A DNA stretch of 64,000 nucleotides from an uncultured delta proteobacterium. Lineage in GTDB: Bacteria > Desulfobacterota > Desulfuromonadia > Geobacterales > Pseudopelobacteraceae. Every line of letters begins with the position of its first letter. Position 1 is the first letter of the stretch. The notes beneath the pieces are model-generated. The model saw nothing but the letters and a program-made list of their open reading frames with translations, searched no databases and was not told where the DNA came from. Shown here piece after piece: positions 9,408-18,698 of this stretch. Location: NCBI GenBank assembly GCA_963772835.1, contig CAVYYZ010000013.1, positions 21,475-85,474 of the forward strand. The letters run 5' to 3'. The position numbers and the translations under genes are program-made.

Positions 9408-10664
9408 ATGAATCTCAATGAACTGCTCAAATTAAAAGCCCGCAAAAACCCCGACAGCCTGCTGAAGCTGCTGGTAGCAACGGCACTGGTGTCTTTTTTT
9501 GCTGTCGTTATCGTAAGCAGTTTCAGCTTTTTCCGGATTTTTTCCGGTTTTGTCATCAAAAATGCCGAAAATAATTCAGTACAGCTCTGCAAGGTGCTTA
9601 TCGATCAGCAGAAAGATCTCATGTTTGTTACTGTGCCGGGAAAAGGGACCGAGCTTGGGCTGCACGGCACGGAGATGTTTGATTTTGACCTCAGCCTGCG
9701 GCACTATCTGGTGCCGTTCGACATCATCAAGGTTAAGGTCTACAACACCAGGAAGGAGATCATCTTCTGCACTGATCCGATGCTGATCGGAAAAGTTGAT
9801 GAGCACAACCTGCATCTCAAGAATGCCCTCGACGGCCGGGTTGACTCCCGAATGGTCAAAAAGGAGATGGCCCACGATCTTGACGATGAAAAACTGCTGG
9901 ATGTGGACGTGGTCGAAACCTATGTGCCGATACTGAGCCCGGACAGGAAGGTGCTGGGCAGTTTCGAAGTGTACATGAATATCACCTCCTACCGCGAAAA
10001 GATCCAGAAGGGTGCCGAGGTCATGACCGCTCTCCTGGCGCTGGCGCTGACCGGAGTGTTCGGGCTGTCGTATCTGCTGGTCCGGGGGGGGGTCGATCAA
10101 CTTAAGGAAGTACAGGCGCAACTGGAATTCATCGCAATAACCGATGCTCTGACCGGGATTTATAACCGTGGCTATCTCATGAAACGGGGTGAAGAGGAGT
10201 TCGAACGGGTACTGCGCCGTACCGGAGATCAGAGGACGTCCCTTGGCTGCATCATGATCGATCTGGATCATTTTAAAATGGTAAACGATACCAAAGGGCA
10301 CATTGTCGGAGACGGTGTGCTGAAAGGCGTTGCCGAAAGACTGCGGAAAAGTGTGCGGCCGTATGATATCGTCGGCCGCTACGGCGGCGAAGAATTTGTC
10401 GTGCTGTTACCCGATACGGCCTTCGGGCAAAGCCTGGCCGTTGCCCAACGTATTTGTGAACTGGTTCGCAACGAACTTTTCGAGGTCGACGGAGTCTGCC
10501 TGCCGGTTACCATCAGTCTGGGTGTTGCCCATTTCAGTGCGGATGACCGCGTACTGAGTGATATGATAAAGCGGGCAGACGAAGGGTTGTACAAGGCAAA
10601 GAACGACGGTCGTGACCGGGTGGCCTGGGTCGGACACACCGGAAACCACGATGCGGCTATGTAG
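9408..10664 (+). CDS. Membrane-anchored diguanylate cyclase
   Basis: Two hydrophobic segments around an extracytoplasmic region; TDALTG, DLDHFK, RPYD I-site, RYGGEEF. Confidence 0.92.
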   Translation: MNLNELLKLKARKNPDSLLKLLVATALVSFFAVVIVSSFSFFRIFSGFVIKNAENNSVQLCKVLIDQQKDLMFVTVPGKGTELGLHGTEMFDFDLSLRHYLVPFDIIKVKVYNTRKEIIFCTDPMLIGKVDEHNLHLKNALDGRVDSRMVKKEMAHDLDDEKLLDVDVVETYVPILSPDRKVLGSFEVYMNITSYREKIQKGAEVMTALLALALTGVFGLSYLLVRGGVDQLKEVQAQLEFIAITDALTGIYNRGYLMKRGEEEFERVLRRTGDQRTSLGCIMIDLDHFKMVNDTKGHIVGDGVLKGVAERLRKSVRPYDIVGRYGGEEFVVLLPDTAFGQSLAVAQRICELVRNELFEVDGVCLPVTISLGVAHFSADDRVLSDMIKRADEGLYKAKNDGRDRVAWVGHTGNHDAAM

Positions 10665-10666
10665 GT

Positions 10667-10876
10667 CTACCAGTATTTCTTTGGTGGTTCGGTCTTTCCG
10701 ACAATCCTGATTTCACCGTCGATCACCTTGAACATATCGCCGGATTCGTTTGTCCAGGCATCACCCTCATCCAGAGGAGCCGGTACCTCACGTCTCCCCA
10801 GATAAACCTCTTCATCGTCGATATAGGCGAACCAGTCAAGCGCCCCCGTCATCCAGATCCGTGTATTCAGTGCCAT
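10667..10876 (-). CDS. Small hypothetical protein (69 aa, Trp/acidic-rich)
   Basis: ATG 10876 preceded by AAGGA; lies just downstream of nspC on the same strand. Confidence 0.7.
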   Translation of the reverse strand: MALNTRIWMTGALDWFAYIDDEEVYLGRREVPAPLDEGDAWTNESGDMFKVIDGEIRIVGKTEPPKKYW

Positions 10877-10928
10877 GTTTTTATCCTTGTGTAGGGTCGC
10901 CCGATTGTGGCGGGTCAGTGACTTTCGG

Positions 10929-12077
10929 CTACGAAAGCCGTGACTTGAAATCTGCATAGTCGAAGCTGCGCAGCACCTTCAGCTCGCCGTTATCAGGTTC
11001 GTAAGTGCAGATATGCGGGTGCTGAATGCCGTTAAATGTGGTGCTTTTGACCATTGTGTAGTGGGCCATGTCTTCAAAAGCGAGCCTGTCGCCAGGGTGG
11101 AGCGGGTGATCGAACGACCAGTCTCCGATTACATCCCCCGCCAGGCAAGATGCCCCTCCAAGGCGGTAGGTGTGGGGCTTCTCCCCCGGGTCAAAACCAT
11201 TATCAATGCCGGGGCGGTAGGGCATTTCCAGGATGTCCGGCATGTGGCAGGTTGCCGAAACATCCAGAATGGCGATGTCCATGCCGTTGTTGACCACGTC
11301 AAGCACCTCACCCACCAGAATACCGGTGCCGATGGCAATCGCTTCGCCCGGTTCGAGGTAAACTTCCAGATCGTACTTCTTCCTGAAGTATGTAACCAGT
11401 TCCACCAGCCCGTCGATGTCGTATCCCTCGCGGGTAATATGGTGCCCTCCACCCAGATTGAGCCATTTCATCCCCGGCAGAAACGCACCGAATTTTTTTT
11501 CGAAGGCCACGGCGGTTCGTTCCAGCGGTTCGAAAAGCTGTTCGCAGAGGGTGTGGAAGTGTAATCCTTCGACTCCGCGCAGAGAGCGACCGGCGAACTC
11601 TGAAAACGGGATGCCGAGACGTGAATGTGCGGCACAGGGGTCGTACATTTCGGTGTGCCCTTCGGAGTGCTCGGGATTGACGCGCAGACCTATGGAAACC
11701 CTCCCCGCTTCTTTCTCCCATAACGGGCGGAAGCGCTCCAGCTGGCCAAAGGAGTTAAACACCAGGTGATTTGAGATACGAAGCAGTTCGACGACGTCGG
11801 ACTCTTTGAAGGCGGCAGCAAAACTGTGTACCTCGCGGCCGAATTCCTCCCGCCCCAGGCGGGCTTCCCATGGTGAGCTGGCGCAGACCCCCTGCAGTGT
11901 CTCCCGAATAACAGGGAACACGCTCCACATTGAAAAGGCCTTCATTGCCAGCAGAATTCTGGCACCGCTGCGCTGTTGAACATCGTCCAGAATGGCCAGG
12001 TTATGACGCAGACGCCCCAGATCCACCACGTACGCGGGGGAGGGGGCAAGACGGAGGATTTTGTCGATATCGATCAC
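10929..12077 (-). CDS. nspC: Carboxy(nor)spermidine decarboxylase
   Basis: LAMKAF PLP lysine, YDPC, GLHFHTLCEQ, NLGGGHHIT, EPGEA, CHMPD, CLAGD, HYTMVK..FNG. Confidence 0.94.
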   Translation of the reverse strand: MIDIDKILRLAPSPAYVVDLGRLRHNLAILDDVQQRSGARILLAMKAFSMWSVFPVIRETLQGVCASSPWEARLGREEFGREVHSFAAAFKESDVVELLRISNHLVFNSFGQLERFRPLWEKEAGRVSIGLRVNPEHSEGHTEMYDPCAAHSRLGIPFSEFAGRSLRGVEGLHFHTLCEQLFEPLERTAVAFEKKFGAFLPGMKWLNLGGGHHITREGYDIDGLVELVTYFRKKYDLEVYLEPGEAIAIGTGILVGEVLDVVNNGMDIAILDVSATCHMPDILEMPYRPGIDNGFDPGEKPHTYRLGGASCLAGDVIGDWSFDHPLHPGDRLAFEDMAHYTMVKSTTFNGIQHPHICTYEPDNGELKVLRSFDYADFKSRLS

Positions 12078-12090
12078 AATCTAAGCCTTT

Positions 12091-12256
12091 AAAAAACATT
12101 TGAAACACAGAGCAACAGAGCAACTGAGTAAAAGTAAATAAAAAATCAGGTTAAAACCAGAAAAAGTCACTTACCATTTTGGTTATGCCTGCTGATGTAA
12201 CCTTTGATTTCTCTGTTGCTCAGTTGCTCTGTGGTTCATGAACAGCTGTTTCTGAG
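12091..12256. repeat. Palindromic intergenic element with 8-nt tandem-repeat arms (copy A)
   Basis: Left arm AACACAGAGCAACAGAGCAACTGAG, right arm CTCTGTTGCTCAGTTGCTCTGTG; related in reverse orientation to 47144-47312. Confidence 0.85.
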
Positions 12257-12257
12257 A

Positions 12258-13454
12258 TTATAATTCCGGCCAGTCGCCGCCATCGACGACTACCGTCGGC
12301 AGACCCATCGGCCCCAGTGTGTCGAGAAACAGCTCAGGATCGAACTGCTCCATATTGAAAACTCCCGCTTCATGCCACTTCCCGGTCAGCATCATGATCG
12401 CACCGACAACGGCAGGGACTCCGGTCGTGTAGCTGATAGCCTGGGACTGAACTTCCTTGTAACAGGCTTCATGGTCGCAGATGTTGTAAATGTAGACCTG
12501 TTTGCGCCGGCCGTCCTTCATGCCGCGGGCGATGACACCTATGCAGGTTTTCCCTTTGGTGAGCGGTCCGAGCGAGCCTGGATCAGGGAGGAGCGCTTTC
12601 AGGAACTGAATCGGCACGATCTTCTGGCCGTTATACTCCACTTCGTCGATTCGGGTCATGCCGACATTCTGCAGAACCTCCAGATGCTTGAGGTAATTAT
12701 CAGAGAAGGTCATCCAGAACTGTGCCTTTTTGATGGTCGGAATATGCCTGACAAGCGATTCCATCTCTTCATGGTAGAGGCGGTAGATGCTCATCGGGCC
12801 GATTCCGGCCGGGAAATCGAAGGAGTGTTTCGTCGTCAGTGGCGGACTCTCAACCCACTCTCCGTTTTCCCAGTGGCGACAGGTCGCGGTTACCTCGCGG
12901 ATGTTGATCTCCGGATTAAAGTTGGTGGCAAACGGCTGCCCATGGCTGCCGGCGTTGGCATCGATGATGTCGATCTCCTCTACCACGTCCAGATATCTCT
13001 TTGCTGCCAGGGCGGTGTAGACGTTGGTCACTCCCGGATCAAAACCGGAACCAAGGAGAGCCATCAATCCCTTTTCCTTGAAACGCTCCTGATAGGCCCA
13101 CTGCCAGGAATACTCAAACCTGGCGGTCTCGAGCGGTTCGTAGTTGGCGGTATCAAGGTAATCGACCCCGGTTTCCAGACATGCGTCCATGATGTGGAGA
13201 TCCTGGTAGGGGAGGGCTACATTGATAACCAGCCGGGGCTGTACCTGTTTGATCAGCGCCACAAGCTCAGGCACGTTGTCGGCATCTACCCGGGCCGTTT
13301 GAATGCTGTCGCCCAACTGGGCGGCAATCGCGTCGCACTTGGATTTAGTTCGCGAAGCCAGAGTAATCTCGCTGAAAATATCACGCCGCTGTGCGCACTT
13401 GTGTGCGACAACCTGGCCGACGCCGCCGGCCCCAATAATAAGAACTTTGCTCAT
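12258..13454 (-). CDS. Carboxy(nor)spermidine dehydrogenase/synthase (saccharopine dehydrogenase family)
   Basis: GAGGVG, NVALPYQD, YLDTANYE, GFDPG, FATNFNPEINIRE, SYTTGVP; lies between speA and nspC. Confidence 0.93.
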   Translation of the reverse strand: MSKVLIIGAGGVGQVVAHKCAQRRDIFSEITLASRTKSKCDAIAAQLGDSIQTARVDADNVPELVALIKQVQPRLVINVALPYQDLHIMDACLETGVDYLDTANYEPLETARFEYSWQWAYQERFKEKGLMALLGSGFDPGVTNVYTALAAKRYLDVVEEIDIIDANAGSHGQPFATNFNPEINIREVTATCRHWENGEWVESPPLTTKHSFDFPAGIGPMSIYRLYHEEMESLVRHIPTIKKAQFWMTFSDNYLKHLEVLQNVGMTRIDEVEYNGQKIVPIQFLKALLPDPGSLGPLTKGKTCIGVIARGMKDGRRKQVYIYNICDHEACYKEVQSQAISYTTGVPAVVGAIMMLTGKWHEAGVFNMEQFDPELFLDTLGPMGLPTVVVDGGDWPEL

Positions 13455-13459
13455 AGTAC

Positions 13460-15367
13460 TTATTCTCCTAAATAGGTGTATCCCAAAAGGGTTCTGTCGA
13501 GCAGTTCAATAAAGTGACTGCTCTCTTCAATGGAGATCTTCTTTAATACGACATTTTTTTCCAGATTGTCCCTGACCCGTTTCAGAATCTCCGGTCCTTT
13601 GTACTGAACATATTTCAGCGTTTCCCAGGTTGCGTCGCCGTTGATGACGGTATCGATCATATACCCGGTTTTTTTGTTGAAGGTGATATGGACGGCATTT
13701 GTATCGCCGAACAGGTTGTGGAGATCCCCCAGAATTTCCTGATACGCTCCGATCAGGAAGAAACCGATATAATAATCCTCATCCTTGCGTATTTTATGCA
13801 GAGGCAGATATTTGGCTCGTCCCTGCTCACCGACAAAACTGGTGATTTCACCGTCCGAGTCACAGGTGATATCGGCAATCGAGGCCATGACATCCGGTTT
13901 TTGATTAAGCCGCTGCAGAGGCACGATCGGGAAGAGCTGGTCGATTGCCCAGGAGTCGGGGATCGATTGGAACAGTGAAAAATTTGCAAAGTAGGTCTGG
14001 CGCATGGAAAGCTGGAAGTTTTGCAACTCCTCCGGAATCGGCTTGATCTTCTCGACGATGCTGTTTATTTTTTTGATTATTTTCGAGTAAAGCCACTCGG
14101 CAATAGCCCGGTCGTTGAGCGTCAGGTACCCCAGGTTGAACAGGCTGACCGCCTCGTTAATCAACTGCAGGGTGTCGTGGTAGTCCTCTCTCAGCGAGTA
14201 GCGGTCGATGCTTTTGTAGATATCCATCAGTTTTTTGACTGTCGGAGCCACCTTTTCAGACTTGCTGAGGATTTCCTCAAAATCGGGCATCAGGTGCTGT
14301 GTATTGGTGTTGAGGACATTTGTGACCAGCACAGAATAGTGGGCAACGGTTGCCCGCCCCGATTCGGAGATGATATTGGGACATTCCACCCCCGCTTCAT
14401 CACAGATGTTCTTGATCTGATATATGACGTCGTTGGCATACTCTTCGATGGTGTAGTTGACGCTTGAAAAGTAGCTCGATTTGGAACCGTCGTAATCGAC
14501 ACCCAATCCTCCGCCGATATCAAGAAATTCTATGCCGACGCCTAACTTTTTCATCTCGGTGTAGACGCGGGCAACCTCGATCAGAGCCGTCTTTATTTTA
14601 TCGATCTTGGTGATCTGGCTGCCGATGTGTGAGTGCAGCAGTTTGACCGAACCGAGCATCCCCTGATCTTCCAGCATCCGGATTGCGGCGATGATTTCCG
14701 ACATGCGCAGACCGAATTTGGCATCTTCTCCACCGGATGTCGCCCATTTGCCGGTCCCTTTGGAGGACAGTTTGACCCGGATTCCCAGTTTCGGTGTTAT
14801 CCCGGTTTTTTTGGATATTTCAATAATCTTTTCAAGCTCAAACAGTTTTTCAACCACAAGCGTAATGTCGAAACCGACTCTGGTGGCATACAGAACCGTC
14901 TCGATGTATTCGGCATCCTTGTAGCCATTGCAGATAATCGGCAGGTTGTTGCCGCTTGAGATTGAAATGCCCGCAACAAGTTCCGGCTTTGAGCCGACTT
15001 CGATCCCGATGTTATAACGTTTTCCATAACCGGCGATCGCTTCGACCACCTGTCGCTGCTGGTTAACCTTGATCGGATAGAAAGTCTGGTATTTTGCAGG
15101 ATAATCATTTTCCTGAATGGCGTTTTTAAACACCCGGTTAATTGAAGCGATACGACCCTGCAGCACATCCATGAAGCGAAGCAGGATGGGGGGTTTTATT
15201 TTCCTCTTGATCAGATCATCCACCAGCACCCGCATGTCGATGGAGTGCTTGGAATTTGACGAGGGGTGGACGCAGATGTTCCCCTTTTTATTGATCGAGA
15301 AGAGATCGGCACCCCAGTTGTCGATGTTGTAAATCTTGGCAGAATCACCGATGGACCATTTTTCCAT
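13460..15367 (-). CDS. speA: Biosynthetic arginine decarboxylase
   Basis: YPIKVNQ, GSKPEL, CNGYKD, HIGSQ, DIGGGLGVDYDG, ESGRA, SIPDSWAIDQLFP, TCDSDG, GAYQEILGDLHNLFG. Confidence 0.96.
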   Translation of the reverse strand: MEKWSIGDSAKIYNIDNWGADLFSINKKGNICVHPSSNSKHSIDMRVLVDDLIKRKIKPPILLRFMDVLQGRIASINRVFKNAIQENDYPAKYQTFYPIKVNQQRQVVEAIAGYGKRYNIGIEVGSKPELVAGISISSGNNLPIICNGYKDAEYIETVLYATRVGFDITLVVEKLFELEKIIEISKKTGITPKLGIRVKLSSKGTGKWATSGGEDAKFGLRMSEIIAAIRMLEDQGMLGSVKLLHSHIGSQITKIDKIKTALIEVARVYTEMKKLGVGIEFLDIGGGLGVDYDGSKSSYFSSVNYTIEEYANDVIYQIKNICDEAGVECPNIISESGRATVAHYSVLVTNVLNTNTQHLMPDFEEILSKSEKVAPTVKKLMDIYKSIDRYSLREDYHDTLQLINEAVSLFNLGYLTLNDRAIAEWLYSKIIKKINSIVEKIKPIPEELQNFQLSMRQTYFANFSLFQSIPDSWAIDQLFPIVPLQRLNQKPDVMASIADITCDSDGEITSFVGEQGRAKYLPLHKIRKDEDYYIGFFLIGAYQEILGDLHNLFGDTNAVHITFNKKTGYMIDTVINGDATWETLKYVQYKGPEILKRVRDNLEKNVVLKKISIEESSHFIELLDRTLLGYTYLGE

Positions 15368-15524
15368 GACCGCTCCCCGTCTTCCGGTTAATCGTATTCA
15401 AATAAACTACTTTATTTATTGCATAGTATGGTTAAAGTCAAATGTAATTCGTTTCAATCCGAAACCCCCGACAGGAAGCAACTCGAATTCCTCCCGTTGA
15501 ATACTACCTCATCGGAATCTCCGG

Positions 15525-15554
15525 CTTGACTTTGCCTGATGGAATGATTACCTT
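15525..15554 (+). promoter_or_regulatory. Putative heat-shock promoter (CTTGAC-N16-ATTACCTT) for hsp20-lon
   Basis: Same boxes and spacing as at 53281-53310 upstream of hrcA. Confidence 0.6.
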
Positions 15555-15603
15555 CGAACTAATTCAGACACCCTCGTACACACGACTTCATTCAGGTGAT
15601 CGT

Positions 15604-16032
15604 ATGCCGCATTTTTCAGGCAGGAAACCGTTTACAGAGGAAATATTCAACCGGCATGTCAACGAGATGCGCAGTCTGCTGCATGCCCTTGAGTTACGGG
15701 ATTCGTTTGAAGATAATGAAACGCGTCCGAAAATGGATATGTACGAAACAGGCCGGGACATCGTCATCGAGTTTGACCTCCCCGGTTTCGCTTTGAACTC
15801 AATTTCTCTGAAAATTAACGGTATGTCACTGATTCTTGAGGCGTGCAAACCGAGGGAGTCGAGCGAAGGAAAGTTTTTATGTGTGGAACGGATTCACGGC
15901 CGCTTTCACCATACGGTGCATATTCCGGGGAATGTTGACTCCGGTGCAATCAGGGCGGAATACCGCCGTGGGGTACTTCGGGTTATCTGCCCCAAAATAT
16001 GCGAGCGACTGGTGCCGATTCAGGAGCTGTAA
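15604..16032 (+). CDS. Hsp20/alpha-crystallin small heat-shock protein
   Basis: PKMDMYET..DLPG..ERIHGRF..A.YRRGVL.V..PK; adjacent to lon. Confidence 0.88.
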   Translation: MPHFSGRKPFTEEIFNRHVNEMRSLLHALELRDSFEDNETRPKMDMYETGRDIVIEFDLPGFALNSISLKINGMSLILEACKPRESSEGKFLCVERIHGRFHHTVHIPGNVDSGAIRAEYRRGVLRVICPKICERLVPIQEL

Positions 16033-16077
16033 GCGCATTACCATAGTATCCATTTGCAGCTCCAAAGGAGATTTAGA

Positions 16078-18537
16078 TTGATAGAGATAGAAAACGATAT
16101 GGAGCAAAGTTCGGAAGATTTGAAAATACCTGATGTGCTGCCGCTGCTGCCGATTCGGGACGTGGTAGTGTACCCGTTTATGATCATTCCGCTTTTTGTC
16201 GGGCGGGAAATGTCGGTGAAAGCCGTAGACAGTGCCCTCGCCGGGGACCGGATGATTCTGCTTGCGACTCAGCACGATGTTGGAGATGAGGACCCTCCTG
16301 CTGATAAAATCTATGAAGTCGGCACTGTTGCCATGATCATGCGGATGCTCAAACTGCCCGATGGTCGCGTTAAAATCCTTGTTCAAGGCCTCGCCAAGGC
16401 CCGCATTACGGAGTACGTTTCTGACAAACCGTTCTACACGGTCCGTGTCGAGCGGCAGAACGATACCGCGGTCGTGGATGTATCACTGGAAGTCGAAGCG
16501 TTGATTCGCACGGTGCGCGAGCAGTTGGGCAAGGTTGTGGAACTTGGCAAGTCGATCTCGCCCGAGGTGATGGTTATCCTGGACAATATCCAGGACCCGG
16601 GGAGTATGGCAGATCTGGTATCAAGCAACCTCGGGTTGAAGGTTGCTGATGCCCAGATTTTACTGGAGATAAACGATCCGATCGTTCGATTGACGAAAGT
16701 CAATGAACTGTTGAACCGCGAGGTTGAGCTCCTGAGCGTGCAGGCGAAGATCCAGAACGCCGCACGTGAAGAGATGGGTAAAAATCATAAGGAATATTAC
16801 CTGCGCGAACAGATGAAAGCCATTCAGAGCGAGCTGGGTGATAACGAAGGAAAAGAGGAACTGGCTGAAGTCAGGAAGGCGATCGAGGCTGCAAAAATGC
16901 CGGCTCCGGTGCAGAAGGAGGCGCTCAAGCAGTTGGGTCGTCTCGAAAATATGCACCCGGACGGTGGCGAAGCAAGTATTGTCAGAACCTATCTCGACTG
17001 GATGGTCGAGCTTCCCTGGAGTACCTCTACCCGCGACAGCCTGGATATAGTCCGGGCCAAGAAAATTCTGGATGAGGACCACTTTTATCTGGAAAAAATC
17101 AAGGAGCGGATTCTCGAGTTTCTAGCGGTACGTAAATTGAAAAAGAAGATGAAAGGGCCGATTCTCTGTTTTGTCGGGCCTCCCGGTGTCGGGAAAACGT
17201 CTCTGGGCAAATCGATAGCTCGCGCAATGAATCGCAAGTTCGTCCGCATTTCTCTGGGCGGTGTACGCGATGAAGCGGAGATTCGCGGACATCGCCGCAC
17301 CTATATCGGCGCTTTGCCGGGACGTATCCTGCAGGGATTAAAACAGGCGGGCGCCAACAACCCGGTCTTCATGCTGGATGAGCTTGACAAGCTGGGATAC
17401 GATTACAAGGGTGATCCATCGTCTGCGCTCCTTGAGGTTCTTGACCCGGAACAGAATCACACGTTCTCTGATCACTACATCAACCAGCCGTTTGACCTTT
17501 CGAATGTGATGTTCGTAGCGACCGCCAACCAGATGGATCCGATACCGTCGGCACTGCGCGACCGGATGGAGGTCATTAATCTGGCCGGATACACCGAAGA
17601 GGAAAAGCTGGAAATTGCCAAACGCTATCTGGTCCCGCGCCAGACCAAGGAAAACGGTCTTAAGCCAAAGCACATCAGTTTCGATGATGAATCGATCGCA
17701 GAAATTGTTTCCAAATATACCCGGGAAGCCGGTCTGCGAAATCTTGAGCGGGAAATCGGCAAGATCTGCCGCAAGGTGGCCCGGAAAGTGGCGGAAGGGA
17801 ACGCACGTGCCGTCAAGGTAACTGCAAAAGCGCTGCACACCTACCTGGGAGCACCGAAATACATCCGTGAAGAGGATCTTGACCGCAACGAGGTCGGGGT
17901 TGTCAACGGCCTTGCCTGGACTCCGGTGGGAGGAGAGGTTCTTCATATCGAAGCCAGTTTGATGGCGGGTAAACCCGCTCTGACGCTGACCGGTCAGTTG
18001 GGGGATGTCATGAAGGAGTCGGTTCAGGCCGCTCAATCCTACATTCGTGCTCATGCCGGGGCATTGCATTTGAAACCGGAAATTTTTCAGGACAATGAAA
18101 TTCACGTTCACGTTCCGGCCGGCGGCATACCCAAAGATGGCCCTTCAGCCGGTGTTGCCATGACCGTGGCGCTGGTATCTATACTGTGTCATATCCCGGT
18201 AAAAAAGGATGTTGCCATGACCGGTGAGGTAACGCTGCGCGGCAAAGTGCTCCCGATTGGGGGCTTAAAGGAGAAAATCCTGGCGGCTGTCCGTTCCAGG
18301 ATGCGGCTGGTAATCATTCCCGCGCAGAACAAAAAGGATCTGGAGGATATTCCGGCGGAAATTTTGAAGAAGGTCAAAATTGTTGCCGTTACCGAAGTTG
18401 AAGAGGCACTCAAGCTTGCGTTGGAGAAATATCCCCCTTCAGCGCCGGCTGTTGCAGGAAAAAAACCGGTACCGCCCCGTTCAAAAATCTCCTCTCCCGC
18501 CCGTAAGGCGCGTTCAGGAGCGGGTGCATCAGCGTAA
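16078..18537 (+). CDS. lon: ATP-dependent protease La
   Basis: LON N-domain LPLLPIRD, GPPGVGKTS, RRTYIGALPG, PKDGPSAG, IGGLKEK; start TTG 16078 after GGAG, or ATG 16099. Confidence 0.97.
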   Translation: MIEIENDMEQSSEDLKIPDVLPLLPIRDVVVYPFMIIPLFVGREMSVKAVDSALAGDRMILLATQHDVGDEDPPADKIYEVGTVAMIMRMLKLPDGRVKILVQGLAKARITEYVSDKPFYTVRVERQNDTAVVDVSLEVEALIRTVREQLGKVVELGKSISPEVMVILDNIQDPGSMADLVSSNLGLKVADAQILLEINDPIVRLTKVNELLNREVELLSVQAKIQNAAREEMGKNHKEYYLREQMKAIQSELGDNEGKEELAEVRKAIEAAKMPAPVQKEALKQLGRLENMHPDGGEASIVRTYLDWMVELPWSTSTRDSLDIVRAKKILDEDHFYLEKIKERILEFLAVRKLKKKMKGPILCFVGPPGVGKTSLGKSIARAMNRKFVRISLGGVRDEAEIRGHRRTYIGALPGRILQGLKQAGANNPVFMLDELDKLGYDYKGDPSSALLEVLDPEQNHTFSDHYINQPFDLSNVMFVATANQMDPIPSALRDRMEVINLAGYTEEEKLEIAKRYLVPRQTKENGLKPKHISFDDESIAEIVSKYTREAGLRNLEREIGKICRKVARKVAEGNARAVKVTAKALHTYLGAPKYIREEDLDRNEVGVVNGLAWTPVGGEVLHIEASLMAGKPALTLTGQLGDVMKESVQAAQSYIRAHAGALHLKPEIFQDNEIHVHVPAGGIPKDGPSAGVAMTVALVSILCHIPVKKDVAMTGEVTLRGKVLPIGGLKEKILAAVRSRMRLVIIPAQNKKDLEDIPAEILKKVKIVAVTEVEEALKLALEKYPPSAPAVAGKKPVPPRSKISSPARKARSGAGASA

Positions 18538-18542
18538 ACGGT

Positions 18543-18653
18543 AATAGAGCGCGGAAAGGGCGGATTGAACGGATTCCAAAGGTTTAAACAAAATGAGTCT
18601 GTGTAATAAAATCCGCTTTTATCCCGTTGATCAGATTTGATCCGCGTTCTATT
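18543..18653. repeat. Imperfect palindromic element with periodic CGGA/ATCC arms
   Basis: Ends AATAGAGCGCGGA / TCCGCGTTCTATT; CGGA at 18552, 18561 and 18570 (period 9); ATC(C/A) at 18611, 18621, 18630 and 18640. Confidence 0.7.
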
Positions 18654-18698
18654 GCCCACGACTTTTCCCGGTTCGACCCATGTATTCGGAGGTGGTTC

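Noticed and set aside
10891..10916. GTAGGGTCGCCCG.. as a second GTAG REP
   Set aside because: The palindrome is weak and I could not define a convincing stem
12091..12256. Repeat element as a CRISPR array
   Set aside because: Repeats are 8-nt tandem units in inverted arms, with no repeat-spacer periodicity and no cas genes
12372..13475. Long antisense ORFs, e.g. 12372..13475, 31831..32928, 35285..36106 and 17338..18111
   Set aside because: They lie wholly opposite well-recognised genes, have no motifs, and are expected from codon bias in GC-rich DNA
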